Below the pieces are notes generated by a model. That model had not been told where the DNA came from. It saw only the letters and a program-made list of their open reading frames with translations, and ran no database searches. From assembly GCA_051362555.1 (NCBI GenBank), contig CM120642.1, positions 33,108,001 through 33,172,000 of the forward strand: 64,000 bases of DNA. The letters are read 5' to 3'. The DNA comes from Lingula anatina. Its lineage: Eukaryota; Animalia; Brachiopoda. Position 1 is the stretch's first letter. The number at the start of each line of letters is the position of its first letter. Below are positions 36,501-49,759 of the stretch, piece by piece. Both the position numbers and the translations under genes were made by a program.

Positions 36501-38194
36501 TATCATGTATTGTGTAATAAAGTGTCAAAAATGGAAATAAACTCATATCATTGCAGTTTGTCAGATGCATTCATCCACTATGTTCAGAATCTCAGAATGG
36601 AGGAAGTTGGACATTTAACACTGTTCTATTGATACTTTTCCCATCTCATCAATTTTCTTCATTGGTCATATAAAAATGGCAGTAAACTGTTTATTTTCTT
36701 TTATGTTAAAAAAGTGTTAAAAATGGAAATAAACCCATTTCAGAACAGTGCTGTTTTGTTTACATTTTGGCATTTTCAATATGTGACTTTGAAGTTCCAT
36801 GGGCCTGAAGACTTTTGCTTGTCACATTTTCTGAATAACCATGATACTAATATTTTATAATTAAAAATTGATGGTCATTATGCTGTAAAACATTATGTAA
36901 TATTGCATCAAAATTTGAAGAAACCCCTATTTTGGGCACTGCTCCCATGATGACCATTTAAGGAAAATCATGTCACTTACTGTTCTCAAACTTACAGGAA
37001 AGAAACATGGGACTAAAATACAGCTTCAGTAGGCAATGCAGTCTGTTTGGTAAATTTTTCTGGCAATTAAACAGTTTTTTGTGAAAATTTAATTTTTCAC
37101 ATATTGGCATTTCCAAGGTGTGACTTAGAACCTCCACGGGCTTGAAGACCCATGCTAGTCACATTTTGTGAAAATCCATGACACTTATATTTTATTATTA
37201 AAAATTGATGGTCATTATGCTGTTAAGCATTATGTAATGTTGCATCAAAATAGAAGAAAACACAATTTTGGGTGCTGCTGCCTTGATGACCATTATGGGA
37301 AACCGTGTTACTTATGACTGTCAAACTTTCAAAAAAGAAACACAGGACTAAAATGCAGCCTGAGTTAGAAAAGCAGTCTAATTGGCTTCTTTTTCTGGAA
37401 GTTATACATTTTAGTGTAATATTCATTATCTTTTTGGCATATTCATTGTGGGACTCGGAGCTCCCATGGACATGAAGCCAAATGGTAATCATATTTTCTA
37501 CATGTCCATCCTATTTATAGTCAATAAACAAAAATTGGTGATAATTATTCTCTAATTTATTATGTAATGTTACATCAAAATTGACAACAATCTTTTTGCA
37601 CTGCTACTGCAAACATTATGAAAAGAAAACTGTGCCACTTATTATAATTTTAAACTTACAAGTACGATTTTTAGGATTGGCCTTCAGCTCATGAGAAAAC
37701 CAGCTCTATTGGATTATCATGTTTATTGTATTTATGCATTTTTTGTGAAATTTTCATTTTTCTCATTCTGGCACTTTCTAAGTATAAACTTGAACTTTGA
37801 TGGGCCTGGAGCCTTATGCTTTTACTTTCGTCTGTGTTACCTGTTGTGCATAAGTTGATGTTGACTGTGCAGTTAAACATCCGTAATGTATTATTGCATC
37901 AGGATTGGTAGTCTCCTATTTTGGGCATTATGGTTTTGTGCTTTTCTTAAGGTGTGACTTATGGGCCTGAAGACCTTTGAGTGGGTCAGTCTGTAAATTA
38001 CCCTTGGGTATCACTAGATTAATTTCAGAGTTATAAAGTCATTTGCTTTAATAGGCCATTAAATGAGATTACGTAAAGCACACTTGTTGATATTTCCCTG
38101 TAAACTCCCAAAGGTAAAGCTCTCTGCTAGATTAATAATAAGGAAGCAGTGATAATTATGCAGGTAAATTTTGTTTAATATTGCAAATAAGTTT

Positions 38195-38253
<59 letters not shown>

Positions 38254-41200
38254 AACTGGAAGATTAAAAGTTTGAATAGCATCTTCATTGGAATTATATT
38301 TACCTCAACCTCTGCCAAGGAGGTTATATTTTCATCTCTGTTTGTCTGTCATCCACATAACACAAAAAAGTTATGGACCGATTTTGCAGAAATTTTCTGG
38401 AACTGTCGGAAGTGGGCCAAAGAGGACAATGATTAATTTTTGGTGGTGGTCCGGATCAATAATCAATCAATTATCAATAATAATCAACAATTGCTGCCTT
38501 GGCAGAGGTCTGCACTCTCAAAGTGCTTTTCTAGTTTTGTTGTTTTCCTTTATAATTTTTTCTCAAACACTTGAATTTGTGACTTTTAACTCTCATCTGC
38601 CTGGGGCTCTGCACATTTTCTGTATTTCTACATAAGCAGTTATATTGTTTTTTATGTCTTTAAAAACATTATGTAATATTATTTTATGCACTGTTATCAT
38701 TTTTCAAATATTGAGACTTTCATAATGTGAATTTGAACTCTCATGGTCCTGAAACTGTAATCTTATTGAAGGGGTGGATTGAGACCATCTTCTGGGTCTT
38801 CCGGAAGACGGGTTGTTAAGTTTATATTGACTGGTATCTATTTTTTTCTGTTGGAAGACCATCAAAATGGAGGATGGATCAACATAGATACTTTGTAATA
38901 CTGTCAGATAATATCTCTGGGTCTGCTCCTGTTATTGACCATGTTACCTGTTGTGCAAGATTAAAATTCAGTGTTGACTGACAGTGCTATTATAAGCATT
39001 ATTTATTATTGCATCAAAATTGACAAAATGACCTTTTTTGCATCTTTATTTTCTGTTTTTTGTCTGTACATTTGACAGCTTTGCTGCCTTGTTTTGTAGG
39101 TAACAGATTTAACTTTAATATTGTGGGTAAAAATACAAACTAAGGTATTGAAAATTATGTAGTCAGCAGAAGCTGAGGCTTTGGTGACAATAACAAAGCA
39201 TAGAGAAAGTTTTCAAAGATAATTTTTGAGGTAAACTATTCTAATATCCAGGTGTTCCATTGGAGAGCAAAGGGTGAATTCTCGCTTCGATCACGCACGA
39301 TATGGCATCCAACCAGAGCACAGAATCTTCAGCCAGCATCCCACCGTCAACGACGACCTACCAAACCGTATATTGAGTGGAGGAATCATCATCAAACCCA
39401 ATGTGAAACAATTCACTGAGACGGGAGTGGAATTTGAAGACGGAACATTCGAGAACAATATAGATGTAGTTTTTCTTGCGACTGGGTACATCTTTGGCTT
39501 CCCATTTCTGGACGAAGGCGTTATCAAGGTGAAAGACAATGTGGTGGATTTATACAAGTACGTGTGGCCACCAAACAGTCCAAAGTCCTCCCTGGCTGTA
39601 CTGGGGTGCATCCAACCCCTGGGGGCCATCTTTCCAATTTCTGAGCTCCAGTGTCGTTGGGTCACCAGAGTGTTCAAGGTATTCCCAGTTTATGTCAGTT
39701 TCCAGTTTAGACAAAATTTTTAAGTTGGTAAACAAGCAGAGACTTTGGCCCCATTCAGAATAGGGGACTAACTAGTCTGAGGGTCAAATATGGCCGACCC
39801 ACTTGAATACGTCCCCACGGGATATCTATTCGGTGTCTATTAGTGGATTAGATGGCAAGCTTTGTAGTGGGTCGCCATATTTGACCCTCTGACTAATTGG
39901 TCCCCTATTCTGAATGGGGCCTATCTGTAAACAGGGTCGTTAGACATTAATTTATTATTATTTTATTTTATAACAGGCATAGAAACTATTGTAGGGTTGG
40001 TTGGTGTGTATTTTTTTTTTATTAGGAGTAGGACATGTCAAGTCCACAGAGTTGGTGATTTTTTTTAGCATGAAACTATCAACATGTTGATCTTTCATGT
40101 AATTATAAATTGTTCCCACTTACCAAACTAGTGCCAAATGCATTTTTTTTTTCTATTTAAAGAAAAAAAGGGGGTAAGAAAAAATCTAACTTTCCTTAAA
40201 ATTAGGGTGGGTGGGTTGGCATAATAGCTAAGTAATGGACTGTCAAGGATCACCAGTTTGGTGTATGTGTGAGTATTTTAAAATACACTCAGAATTATCT
40301 TTCAGGTTGCCAAAGTGTGTTTATACAGGTTAATTTTTAGCCAACTTGCTGAGATATCGATTGAATGATTTAAGATAAACCTGGGAAAAGGTCTCTGTCA
40401 AAAGATAGGAAATTAATTGATTATATGCCATGAGGCATGTAAAAAGCACCAAAACAAGATAATATAAGAACATTTTAAGATTTAATTAAAGAGCTGACAT
40501 TGTCAAAGAATTTTGAAGAGATCAGTCAATTACGAAAAAATATATAACAAGAAAAGGAAATCTGTTTGCAGATTTTTGCCAGTTAGGCTTGGAAAAAAAG
40601 GTTGGTCATGTAGAAAAAGCATCAAAAGCGTGGTAAAAGTTTTAAATAGTCTATATTATATTAAGCCAACAATTCCCTTAAATTTGCCTTTACGATAAAA
40701 ATCTGATGTTCAGTAAAATATTGACTTTCTCAGGGTCTGGCGAAGCTCCCCAGTAAAGATGAAATGTATGCAGACATCCAGAGAAAGCGAGAGGCGATGG
40801 CCAAGCGGTACGTGAAGAGCCAGCGTCACACCATTCAGGTGGATTACATAAACTACATGGATGAACTGGCAGAACAAGTAGGCTGCAAACCAGATTTAGG
40901 TAAGTCTTTGTTAAAAATTGATTTAGAAACCTGAACAAAAAGGGTAACAGTAGCTATTGCTTTCTCTTCTAAACTTTGAAAGTTTTCATTTTCATTGTTG
41001 TAAAGTTATACTCAGACACTGGTGCATGTACTTACAAGTCCAGTAGGCCTGTCCCATGCATTTTTAGCATGCATTTTTGGATTCTGTGTATTACTTAGTG
41101 TGTTTTCTGTTACGTCCCAACCCTAACAAATATACAGCAGAAATATTGTCAGAGATTTCATTGGAATAAAAGTGTACCACACAAATCCATTTTCCCGAAA

Positions 41201-41729
41201 AATGTTGGTGATGGGGAGTGGGAGGGGTTTGCTCCACCCCCCCCCCCCTTAACTCCCCCCTCCCCAGCTTGATTGACCTTCTTTATAAAACATGTGATAA
41301 CATATACAAAAGCAGACCATCTTTATACATAATCATAGATATGATCAGCATCATTTTACATGGTTTGTGATTCTTAGCTATACCATTCTTTGTCTAATCT
41401 ATTTTATTTATTAGTTCAAATAGATTTCATTTTATCACAAGGTATGTATATTTTTTATGTATTTTGTCTTTTCAGTGAAACTTTTCTGCTCAGATCCTAG
41501 TTTGGCAATAGAGGTCGCCACTGGGCCGTGCACGCCCTACCAGTACCGCCTGATGGGCCCCGGAAAGTGGGATGGGGCGCGGAACGCCATCAGGACCACC
41601 ATGGACCGAGTTTACTACCCACTAGGCACACGCAAGGTGGAGGGTCAGAAGAAAACTGGTCATGGCTTGCTGAAAATGTTGATTTTTGTCATTGTGATTG
41701 TTGCTGTGCTGTTTAAATTTTTCTTTTAA
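33585..41729 (+). CDS. FMO5: Flavin-containing monooxygenase, FMO5-like (dimethylaniline monooxygenase), 7 coding exons
   Basis: Exons 33585-33715, 34302-34703, 35118-35214, 35465-35592, 39252-39678, 40734-40899, 41476-41729. FAD motif [23 protein letters not shown] signature [17 protein letters not shown] motif [38 protein letters not shown] and a C-terminal membrane anchor. Orthology to vertebrate FMO5 specifically is not established. Confidence 0.95.
35741..36370 (+). repeat. ~161-bp tandem repeat, ~4 copies, degrading into ~335-bp-period units further 3'
   Basis: Unit starts at about 35741, 35902, 36063, 36224 (ac.gataaca.gataagtggaaaac...gaaacttacagaactgat). Diverged gtgactt.gaa...gggc.tgaagac motifs recur near 36780, 37120, 37450, 37790, 37950 and 38725. 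Confidence 0.88.
38298..38536 (+). mobile_element. Short HINE/Helentron-derived element nested within the larger element
   Basis: acctctgccaaggaggttat at the 5' end, ccttggcagaggt at the 3' end (subterminal inverted repeat), then hairpin gcact-ctcaa-agtgc and ttttctagtt terminus; short tgt(c/t) microsatellite. Confidence 0.8.
39747..39921. mobile_element. MITE hairpin element in FMO intron 5
   Basis: ggccccattcagaataggggac...gagggtcaaatatggc pairs with gccatatttgaccctc...gtcccctattctgaatggggcc. Confidence 0.85.
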
Positions 41730-43126
41730 GGGAGGGGAAGTGGAATTGTCTTACTTCAGACTGTATTCATTCATTGATCAATGTGTGTGAGGTCATCACA
41801 ATGTTATTTTAAAAAAAAACTCAGCAAGGGCAAAATAATGACATTTAAACCATTAACCTTCAATACATTGCATTGATTTTTTTTTCTAGTTGAAGAATAT
41901 TCATGGCAAATTTACTGCAAAACATTTAACCATTATTTCCAATATTTTTAAGTGTATCTTGTATCAGTTCATTATTACATTCCATGAGGTATTTTATTTA
42001 TTTATTTACATGTAAACCTTGCAAGTGTTTTCTTGTTGGATGTTTTTAATACAATAACATCAGTTGTATATTGTGTATCAGTTGTGTATTTTTTTCAGCA
42101 ATAGAGATTTTAATCATAAAAATGAATTATTAGCTGGTGTGTCATTTTCCCATTATTTATATCACAGTATCATAAAGGCAAATAATCCTTGACTGATGGT
42201 TTGTGCTAGTATTCCACGATGTAAATTAAATCAAAGTATATAATCTGTTATATGGACTGCCATAGTACTTAGCTTAAGTATTTCACATTATTATTTTGTA
42301 TTTGTATAATGAACTGTATTTATATCAAGAAAGTATATCATTGCCTATTACATCTGGTGCATAAGATGCAATAAGCTTTTAATCATATAATTTTTATGTA
42401 ATAGGCTAAGCTAATTATACATCACTTTATTACTGGTGCTGATAAGCATCAAACTTGGGTCCAACTAAACTTGTGATAATAAATCAGCTTTAAATTATCA
42501 ATTGTTTTCATATTTTCAAGTATTTGTTTTTGTCTTAAAGACATGCTTAATGCTTTTATATTTGCCAGTATTTTGTTCATCTGTCCTTCTTTTCTATGTA
42601 GAAATTGTCACAAAGTGATATAAAATTTTATTCACCTCCAAAATATTACAGAACGAAACGGTGAGATTCTTGACACATAAGTTTTATGATGGGGCTGAGT
42701 AACATTGAGCAATGCAAAAAATAATATCAAATCGAAAAAAATATGACAATGTGAATTGAAATTGAACAAAAACTTGTAGGCAAGCAACATTTCAGTCCCT
42801 GTTTGGCACTTTGAGGTAATACAAAACTAGAGTTATATATTTGATTTTTACTGCTATACAACAGCTGTACCAGTACTTTGGGTGAATAAAACGTATCATT
42901 CCTCCAAGGGTGCAGTCTCTGCTGCGATGCACCGATGATCAATCGCTAAATTTGAACAAAATTCATTAATAATATTTTCCACACAATGCATTTGCAATAT
43001 CTTGAAAACGGAAAAAGCTGCATTCTTGCTGGAAACTTTGATTTTAACAAAAAGAGTACCATTTAAGAACAATAAAATATTGGCACAGATAAAATATTTG
43101 ACGCATTAATTTGCCCTGACAAGAGG

Positions 43127-46100
43127 CTACACCGTCAGGGATAGGGGCGGTTCCGGGGTAACTGAGGAGACCCTTTTCTTCTTGCGTTTCCGTTTTACTG
43201 CCGGAGACGCCGCCTCGTCCGATACATGAAGTGTCTCCTCGTGATCTGCTTTCCTGGGGGTTTTAACTCTCTTCTTTACCCTCATGTTCTCTTTTGATCC
43301 TGTCAGTGTTCCCTCGACCTGCTTGGGGACTTTCGGTTTCTTTTTGCGACGTTTCGGTTTTGGGTGTGTCAAATGATTCCCCCAAAGGTTCCCCTTATTC
43401 TCTCTAAGAACGCTCATGACATACCTTTGAGCATCTTTATCTAGTTTTTCGGCTGAAACCATGAGCAAAATCAGCAACAAGGAATACCAGGCGATGTACC
43501 CTGCGTTTTTGAAGGTGAAAAGCAGCTCACTCAGCGTCATGCCATTCCTATACGTGACCATGATATAAATACGCACAACCAAGTAAGGAATATCTTGAAA
43601 CACTAACATCATTGTATAGTACAGCGCACTGTGGAGACGACTGTTCTCAAACATCAATTTATGTCTGTCGAATTCGTCTTTTGGGGGAGAAGGCGCGAAT
43701 TTTAAAGTGCTTATCACCGTGAATACCATAATGGTCACAGTTAGGGGGTCTTCAGAAAAAATGGAGGCGTTGGTGAGCAGGCTCTGGAATTCGGCGATGT
43801 CGTACAGTGGAAAGAACTCCATTCCACATTCCTTGATTATTGAGTAAATACTTGTGATGTCGTCGTCATGTTTTATCTGAAATATATAGATATAAAGAGT
43901 ATTTGTAGGTCTTCTCATAATGCATTTAAGGAATTAAAAACTTAGTTTATATAACTGTAAACGCTGAATTTTCAAAGAAGTTTGAACCGAATGCTGAGAG
44001 AGAGAGAGAGTGAGAGAGAGAATGTGTTTGGAGGTGTGTGTGTTTGTGAGAGAGAGAAGGAGGGGGATGTGTGTGGGGTGGGGTGGGGGGTGGGGGCATT
44101 TCTCACTTTCTCAAAACAACTACTAATCTGACAACTGACCGTGACAACATAAACCAACATAAAAACCCAGCCCTGATCACTCACCTCTTTAAACTTCGCA
44201 AACCATTCGTTGACCACCAAGCACATCAGCACCACCTGCAGGATGAAAATACTCCACTCGTCAAAATGATCAAATTCGGCAGCTTGGATCAGGGAGCTTG
44301 GTGAACTCCCTAGCGTGCAGGCTGAGGTAGTATTGGACGTGGTGTTTTGAGCATCATAAACTTTGAGTATTGAGCAAGGTATCTTCTTGGCGTGCACCTG
44401 TGAAGAATTAGAATATAAAACCTTATTATTAATAACAATTGCTTTCTGGTTGCTACACGATAGAAACTTGCAAGTCGTAAATATATCCCACCATGAAATT
44501 AACTTTTTTGTGTTAAACGCCACATAGCTTTTTAACAAGCCATCTGCCAAAATTTCAATCTTAAATCTTAAACAGGCAGTATTAAGATTATAAGTATCAA
44601 GTTCAGTTTTGTTGAATTTAAGTAGATCCCTTTAAGAAAGATGTAAAGTCTAATTTGGCGCGGTTTTGTACCACACAATAAAACAAGCACTATGTCTACC
44701 TACCTTGAACGCCAGCCCCAATAACAGCATGACAGGTGTAGAACAGAACAACACATACAGGGTGATAGAGGGACGCCTGGAAGATGAAGTTAATAGCGAT
44801 TTAACACTTTTAACCAATAATTTCTTTGATGAACCATTCAAGAAAAAACTACATAGAGCTAATGATAAAAGAATGAGAACGTACAGTGTAACAGAAGACG
44901 ATAAAGACGATCAAGATGACAGTTACTAATTTATTTAAGAAGATTTATTCGTTATCTCGCCAAGCGATTGCTTCGATCAATGGTTGTCTGTGTTTATGAC
45001 TTATATGGACAACACGTTTTAACGTGTTTAAATGACATTAAAATGACAGGGCGACAAGAAATGGCCATTACGTGTGAGATAATACACTGTCACCCGAGCG
45101 AAAAAGGCCATTATATTTCGAGTGCCAGCGACATACATTCCAAGAAAAAATGCATTCATTTTTTCATTAAAGACCCTAAAAACCGAATAAAGTGACCCCA
45201 TGTCACGCTCTAGAGAAGTTATATGGAACAAACTCGTCCACGTGCGCTGGTCACCTCCTGCCAAATTCTTATGTAATGTATGACATATTTGGTCAATTTT
45301 TGCTAAATACTTGTCGTGGAAGTATTCAACTCGCTTGAGCAGTATTTAACCAACCTAAGACACTGACCATGCGCGTCTCAGCTGAGCCACACCAAGCTGC
45401 GACTGTTGAGGAAAAAAGGTATCAGGCAAGACCTCTTTTTTACAGCCGGACGTGTAAGGGACGATTTCAAGCAATGTGAATCCCATAGTAATCACTCTCT
45501 AAGTCAGTAAGTAGAACCAGTGAATACTTTATTCGCGACAACGTACTTGCAACTTGTAATTTTAAGGGCCTTAAGCTTAGTTTTCGCTGCAATATGGCTG
45601 AAAGTATATTGCGCTGGAAATTCCTTTGTCTGACATAACATTTGAATAATTGGGTGGAGCGGCGGTCAAAATTGTTGTTTAAATTTTGGACAGTAAAGGT
45701 CACCGCATCATGAGACACTGATTTCCCTGCGAGTCTATGGTATATTTCTGTATTTAGGCCTACGTGAGTGGACGGTGATGCAAAGGAGACGTTGGTCTCA
45801 TTAACCTGTGCATTGTTATTATCTCCACTGAAATTTTCCAAGACTGAGGTGCACACGTAATATTTGGTTTCTTTGTTTATTTAATTCATTTAAAAGAATA
45901 AAATATTGACTTTTGTGTTGTTGTTGTTGTTGTTTATTCTTTTGCTATTTTAGACAGAATTCTGAGCAGAATTTCTGATTTCAATTTATTGCGTTGTGTG
46001 CCGAAGTCTGTTTACCAAATATGAATTAATTATACATTTTTGGATTCTATTAATAGTGAATTTCGCTATATGTAAAAGCTTGGTAGTGTATTGTGCTTTG

Positions 46101-47333
46101 ATAGGTGAAATTATTTTGAATCAATTTAGTTTTCGCTTACAAATGTACAATGGCGAGTGCATCAAGGTTGCTAGTCAATCGTGCGACTTACGACTCGTTA
46201 CGCTGCCAGGTGTAGGTCTTAAACTTGCTAAGTCACTATTTTCTCTATTCTCTTGATGCCAAGAAGGTTACATGCAAAAGCTTTGTTTTCGGCTTTCGAG
46301 AATTTTAGAGACCTCGACTGATTTAACCAAGATGTAGTCGTGAAACTCTAGACTACATCGAGGTTAAATCCGAGTTTTCCGAGAGACGCTACGCAGAAAT
46401 GTCGAGTGAAGCGAGATATTTCTGGGTAGCGGCTCGAGGTTGCCCTCGATCTTCACTGAAGCTTGGCTAAATGGACAGGGTCCAGTGATCAACATATCGC
46501 CACGGTCACATAACATCCCAAGGTATGTATTCTTTACAAGTATTATTGTTTCTTTTTAAATTCATGATTAAGGCTACCCTCTTCCAGGGTGGCAGATTTT
46601 GTAGGGAAAACGGAAAAATCCACACATAGCCAAATGACTATTTATCTAGAGACAAATCTGTGAATATATGTGGAAAATCCGTCTGTCGCCCTGGTAGAGA
46701 GTAGATTAAGGCCATTTTTTATTTCTGAAATGGCGCTAAAAATGAAATGTTTGTAAGAAAATCAATACTTTTTCCAGTAAATTATTATCATTTTACAAGG
46801 TAGGCAAAGGCACCGATGACTGAATGATAATATTAATTTCCCATCAATGAACGAAAATGAAATCGAGGGATCTGAAATTTAATTGCTTTGGAATGAATTA
46901 AGTCAAAGAACAAAATTATAAACTCAGAAAAGATGCATGTGAACTGTACCATTTACATCATAAAATAAAAAAATACTTTAACTCACCACCATCTTCTTGC
47001 ATGTCGTCTGCTAAGCACAGTCACCAAGACATAAATCACTAACGACACCAGCACCAGCCCAGCAAACACCCCTCCCAATATGTTCCTAAAACTCTCAGCG
47101 GTGACATCCCACCCGTACATGTACCCCTGCTGGTTGTTAACGGTGGCCTCCCCTGTGTATTTCTCCACCACGTGCCAGACCGTAAGGAAATAAGGCAGAG
47201 CGTAGCAGAACAGCTGGAGTGTGCCAAGGATCGTGTATTTGATCACCTGGCGACAAGTGGGACGGACGCATAGGGGTGGGGTCTTCTCACCGGCCACTAA
47301 CAGCTCGTCACTTCGGGGTGAACTCGTTTCCAT
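43127..47333 (-). CDS. TMEM26: TMEM26-like multipass membrane protein (divergent), 4 coding exons
   Basis: Exons 47333-46987, 44776-44704, 44397-44185, 43876-43127 join in frame. Motifs WRPSITLYVLFCSTP, YDIAEF, LVFQDIPYLVVRIYIM and LLFTFKN match TMEM26-family W.PS..LY, ADI.EF, QD.PFL..R and FFT.KN. Basic C-terminal tail. Probable 5' UTR intron 47375-47457. Confidence 0.8.
45070..45420 (-). repeat. Dispersed repeat (~350 bp) in TMEM26-like intron, homologous to 25640-26015
   Basis: Reverse-complement match to the copy between the GPCR genes. Confidence 0.85.
46574..46704. mobile_element. Small MITE (131 bp) with 7-bp target-site duplication
   Basis: ctaccctcttccagggtggcaga pairs with tctgtcgccctggtagagagtag; ATTAAGG lies directly on both sides (46567-46573, 46705-46711). 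Confidence 0.8.
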
Positions 47334-47602
47334 GCCTTGGTGATATTAACATGAGATGCTTGGTGTATGTATTCCTGGTAGGAAGGGAGATTTAGCTTTG
47401 TCTTAACGTCTGAGGAACGTGCGTTCTTGACACTAAAACTGAGATCTTGACACTTACATGTATATCTTGACAGTATACTTGGATACGGTAATGATGATTC
47501 CAAATCTAAATAAAGTGAACGTCATGCCTAAAAGACCCCACATATAAGAATCACAAGCCGTGTCATGTTGATCTAGCCACGTGCCTCTCTGGGGAATGAC
47601 CC

Positions 47603-47638
47603 GTTTCCACGGTGATGTATAGCGGTAACCATGGAAAC
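47603..47638. promoter_or_regulatory. Tandem RFX X-box motifs upstream of the TMEM26-like gene
   Basis: GTTTCCACGGTGAT (47603-47616) and GTAACCATGGAAAC (47625-47638; reverse complement GTTTCCATGGTTAC) fit the X-box consensus, about 150-180 bp upstream of the 5' UTR splice donor. Confidence 0.6.
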
Positions 47639-49605
47639 TTCCCCTCTCTACCGGTAAAGAGTATGTCGTAATCTCCCGGGCGTAGTCTGCCTTAGCCGTC
47701 TTTCCAGTCACTTAGCCCCGTTGTGATCATCATACATTCAGTGTCAGCCTCATGTTTACGTCGGCCCCTATAGAAATCGTGATAATAGTCCCTCAATACC
47801 TGTGAGCTTAATCGAAGCCCAGTCATAACGATGACCTAGCAACAACAGTTCAGCGTGTCAGGGTCGATACGAACATTTCTCCATGCGGAGCGACTTCAAA
47901 AGAACATTTCTATGCCGTATTCAGATGTGCGTGCATTTCAGTGCAACAGTCTACGCGGCTTAACGCGCACGTGGGCTGTTTTTTTCTGTTTGATTATGTT
48001 ATCGGTCTCATTGGATAAAAAATAACAGCACGCACTTCTTTGTACCTGACGACTTTTAAAACGCTGTAACATGTACTCTGTAGTGTATCTATGACAAAAA
48101 CGATTTTGAAATGAAATTTATTTGGTTTCAAGTATAATGCCCACATAAAGCGTTTATCATCGGAGATTTAAAAAACGGTCCCTAGATTTTACAATCAAGG
48201 GTGTGCAATCCTCGGTTAATCACTTCATAATCCATTTTTATATATGAATAGTTTGAAAGGTGAACCGCCAAAAGAGAAATTAAATGCTTGACACGCTGTA
48301 TTTCCTCAAATTTACCCAATGAATAAAATTCATCCATTTACGCACCCTTTTAACGGAAATGGGGGTTATGCATTTCGCCCAAGAGAACAAACGCTCTTTA
48401 AAAATATTATTTTTTTATCGTTTATTGCCAATAATATTGGGCAGAGGGGCGACCGACTACTTCTAGGAAATTATTCACGGCAAAAGATAGGAATTTTTAA
48501 TGTTTTTCATCGCACCAAAAATCCACAAACAATCGTTTTTCCTTCCATAAAATAAGCATTATCAGTAAACCATTAAACCCAAAGGATTCTCGCAAACGGA
48601 CCTTTATTAAAAAAAGAGGTGAATATCCACATACATATATAGCTTCATATGTAAATACAAGCTGACAAGCTGACAACTTTCATTATTCTCACGACTTAAT
48701 AGGAAACTATCTATACAACAACGTTGTAAAAACAATACGACCACAATTAATATCTGACAAATATATTGTGGAAAGTTAATTATGCCCTTAACTCATTTTA
48801 ACAGACTCCCCAATAAAGTTTTTAAAATCTTTAAAACGCAAACACCATATTTAACAAAAATTAACTAATCATTAAACATAACGTAGGAAGCATCAGATAA
48901 AAGAAAATCTCTCCTTTAGGACAAGGAATAAGGTTCATCTGCTCAACATTCGAGTACTACACATCTTTCTAAATAAAAACTAATACAAGGAGTAATATTA
49001 ACCCCTGTGAGACAAATATCAATTTTTCTCTATCTCAGTACATTCAACACTTACTCTCACCACTTAAAAAAATAAGAGAAAAATTTTATGTAATATCATC
49101 TTTTAAAACATTTCAAGCTTAGGTAAAAATAGTAATAAATTAAGATGAAAATAGAAATAGAAAATTAAAAATAACCTTGCTCCTACAACAGTTTTAATTG
49201 TGCCACTCTAACATAACTATGACTCCCATCATAACGAGTCTTAACTCAAAACAGGGATTTTCAATGATTCAGAAATCATTTCCCTAAGTTTATCCTCAAT
49301 TCTTCACAATTACATCTACTATCTTTATGTATCAAAATAAAAAGATTACATTATAAAATAACAAATAAGATGACAAGAAATATTTCACAATGCTCAAATC
49401 TGTCCAGGGACACCTGTGTGGACTGCAGATGACTGGAAATATCATAGTTACACTAACCAAAATGATATAAATCCACATTTATCATGTTAATAACATTGAA
49501 TAACACCTTCAATAAAGATAATTTTTGGTCAAAGTGAGAAGAAAAATTGTGAATAAATTTAGTACTAGTAAGGGACACTAAGTATAAAATGACTAAATAC
49601 AGACA

Positions 49606-49759
49606 CCTGGGCTCCATAACTCGAAACCATCGCGTATTGTGAATTGTCTTTTATTTTGAGGCTATTAAGGCCTATATGGGGTGAGTAAATCCCGAGTTAT
49701 GGAATAGAGACGCTTGCGCTCGTTCTCAATTCCCAATGCTTTCGAGTTACAGAGCCCTG
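49606..49759. mobile_element. MITE-like hairpin element downstream of the NCS-1 stop codon
   Basis: ctgggctccataactcgaaaccat pairs with atgctttcgagttacagagccctg. Confidence 0.7.

Larger units (their letters stand above)
35660..39095 (+). mobile_element. Helentron/HINE (DINE-1-like) non-autonomous element carrying internal tandem repeats, in FMO intron 4
   Basis: 5' T-run then hairpin tatgtacagacaca-ga-tgtgtctgtacata (~35665-35694); GTC-rich microsatellite; central repeats; 3' subterminal inverted repeat tgtctgtacat (39061-39071) followed by stem-loop cagc-ttt-gctg and a T-run. Confidence 0.7.

Noticed and set aside
44107-44184. Extension of TMEM26-like exon 3 to a downstream GTGAGA donor
   Set aside because: The stronger GTGAGT donor at 44184 gives a better fit to the family spacing; the extension remains a possible minor isoform without support.
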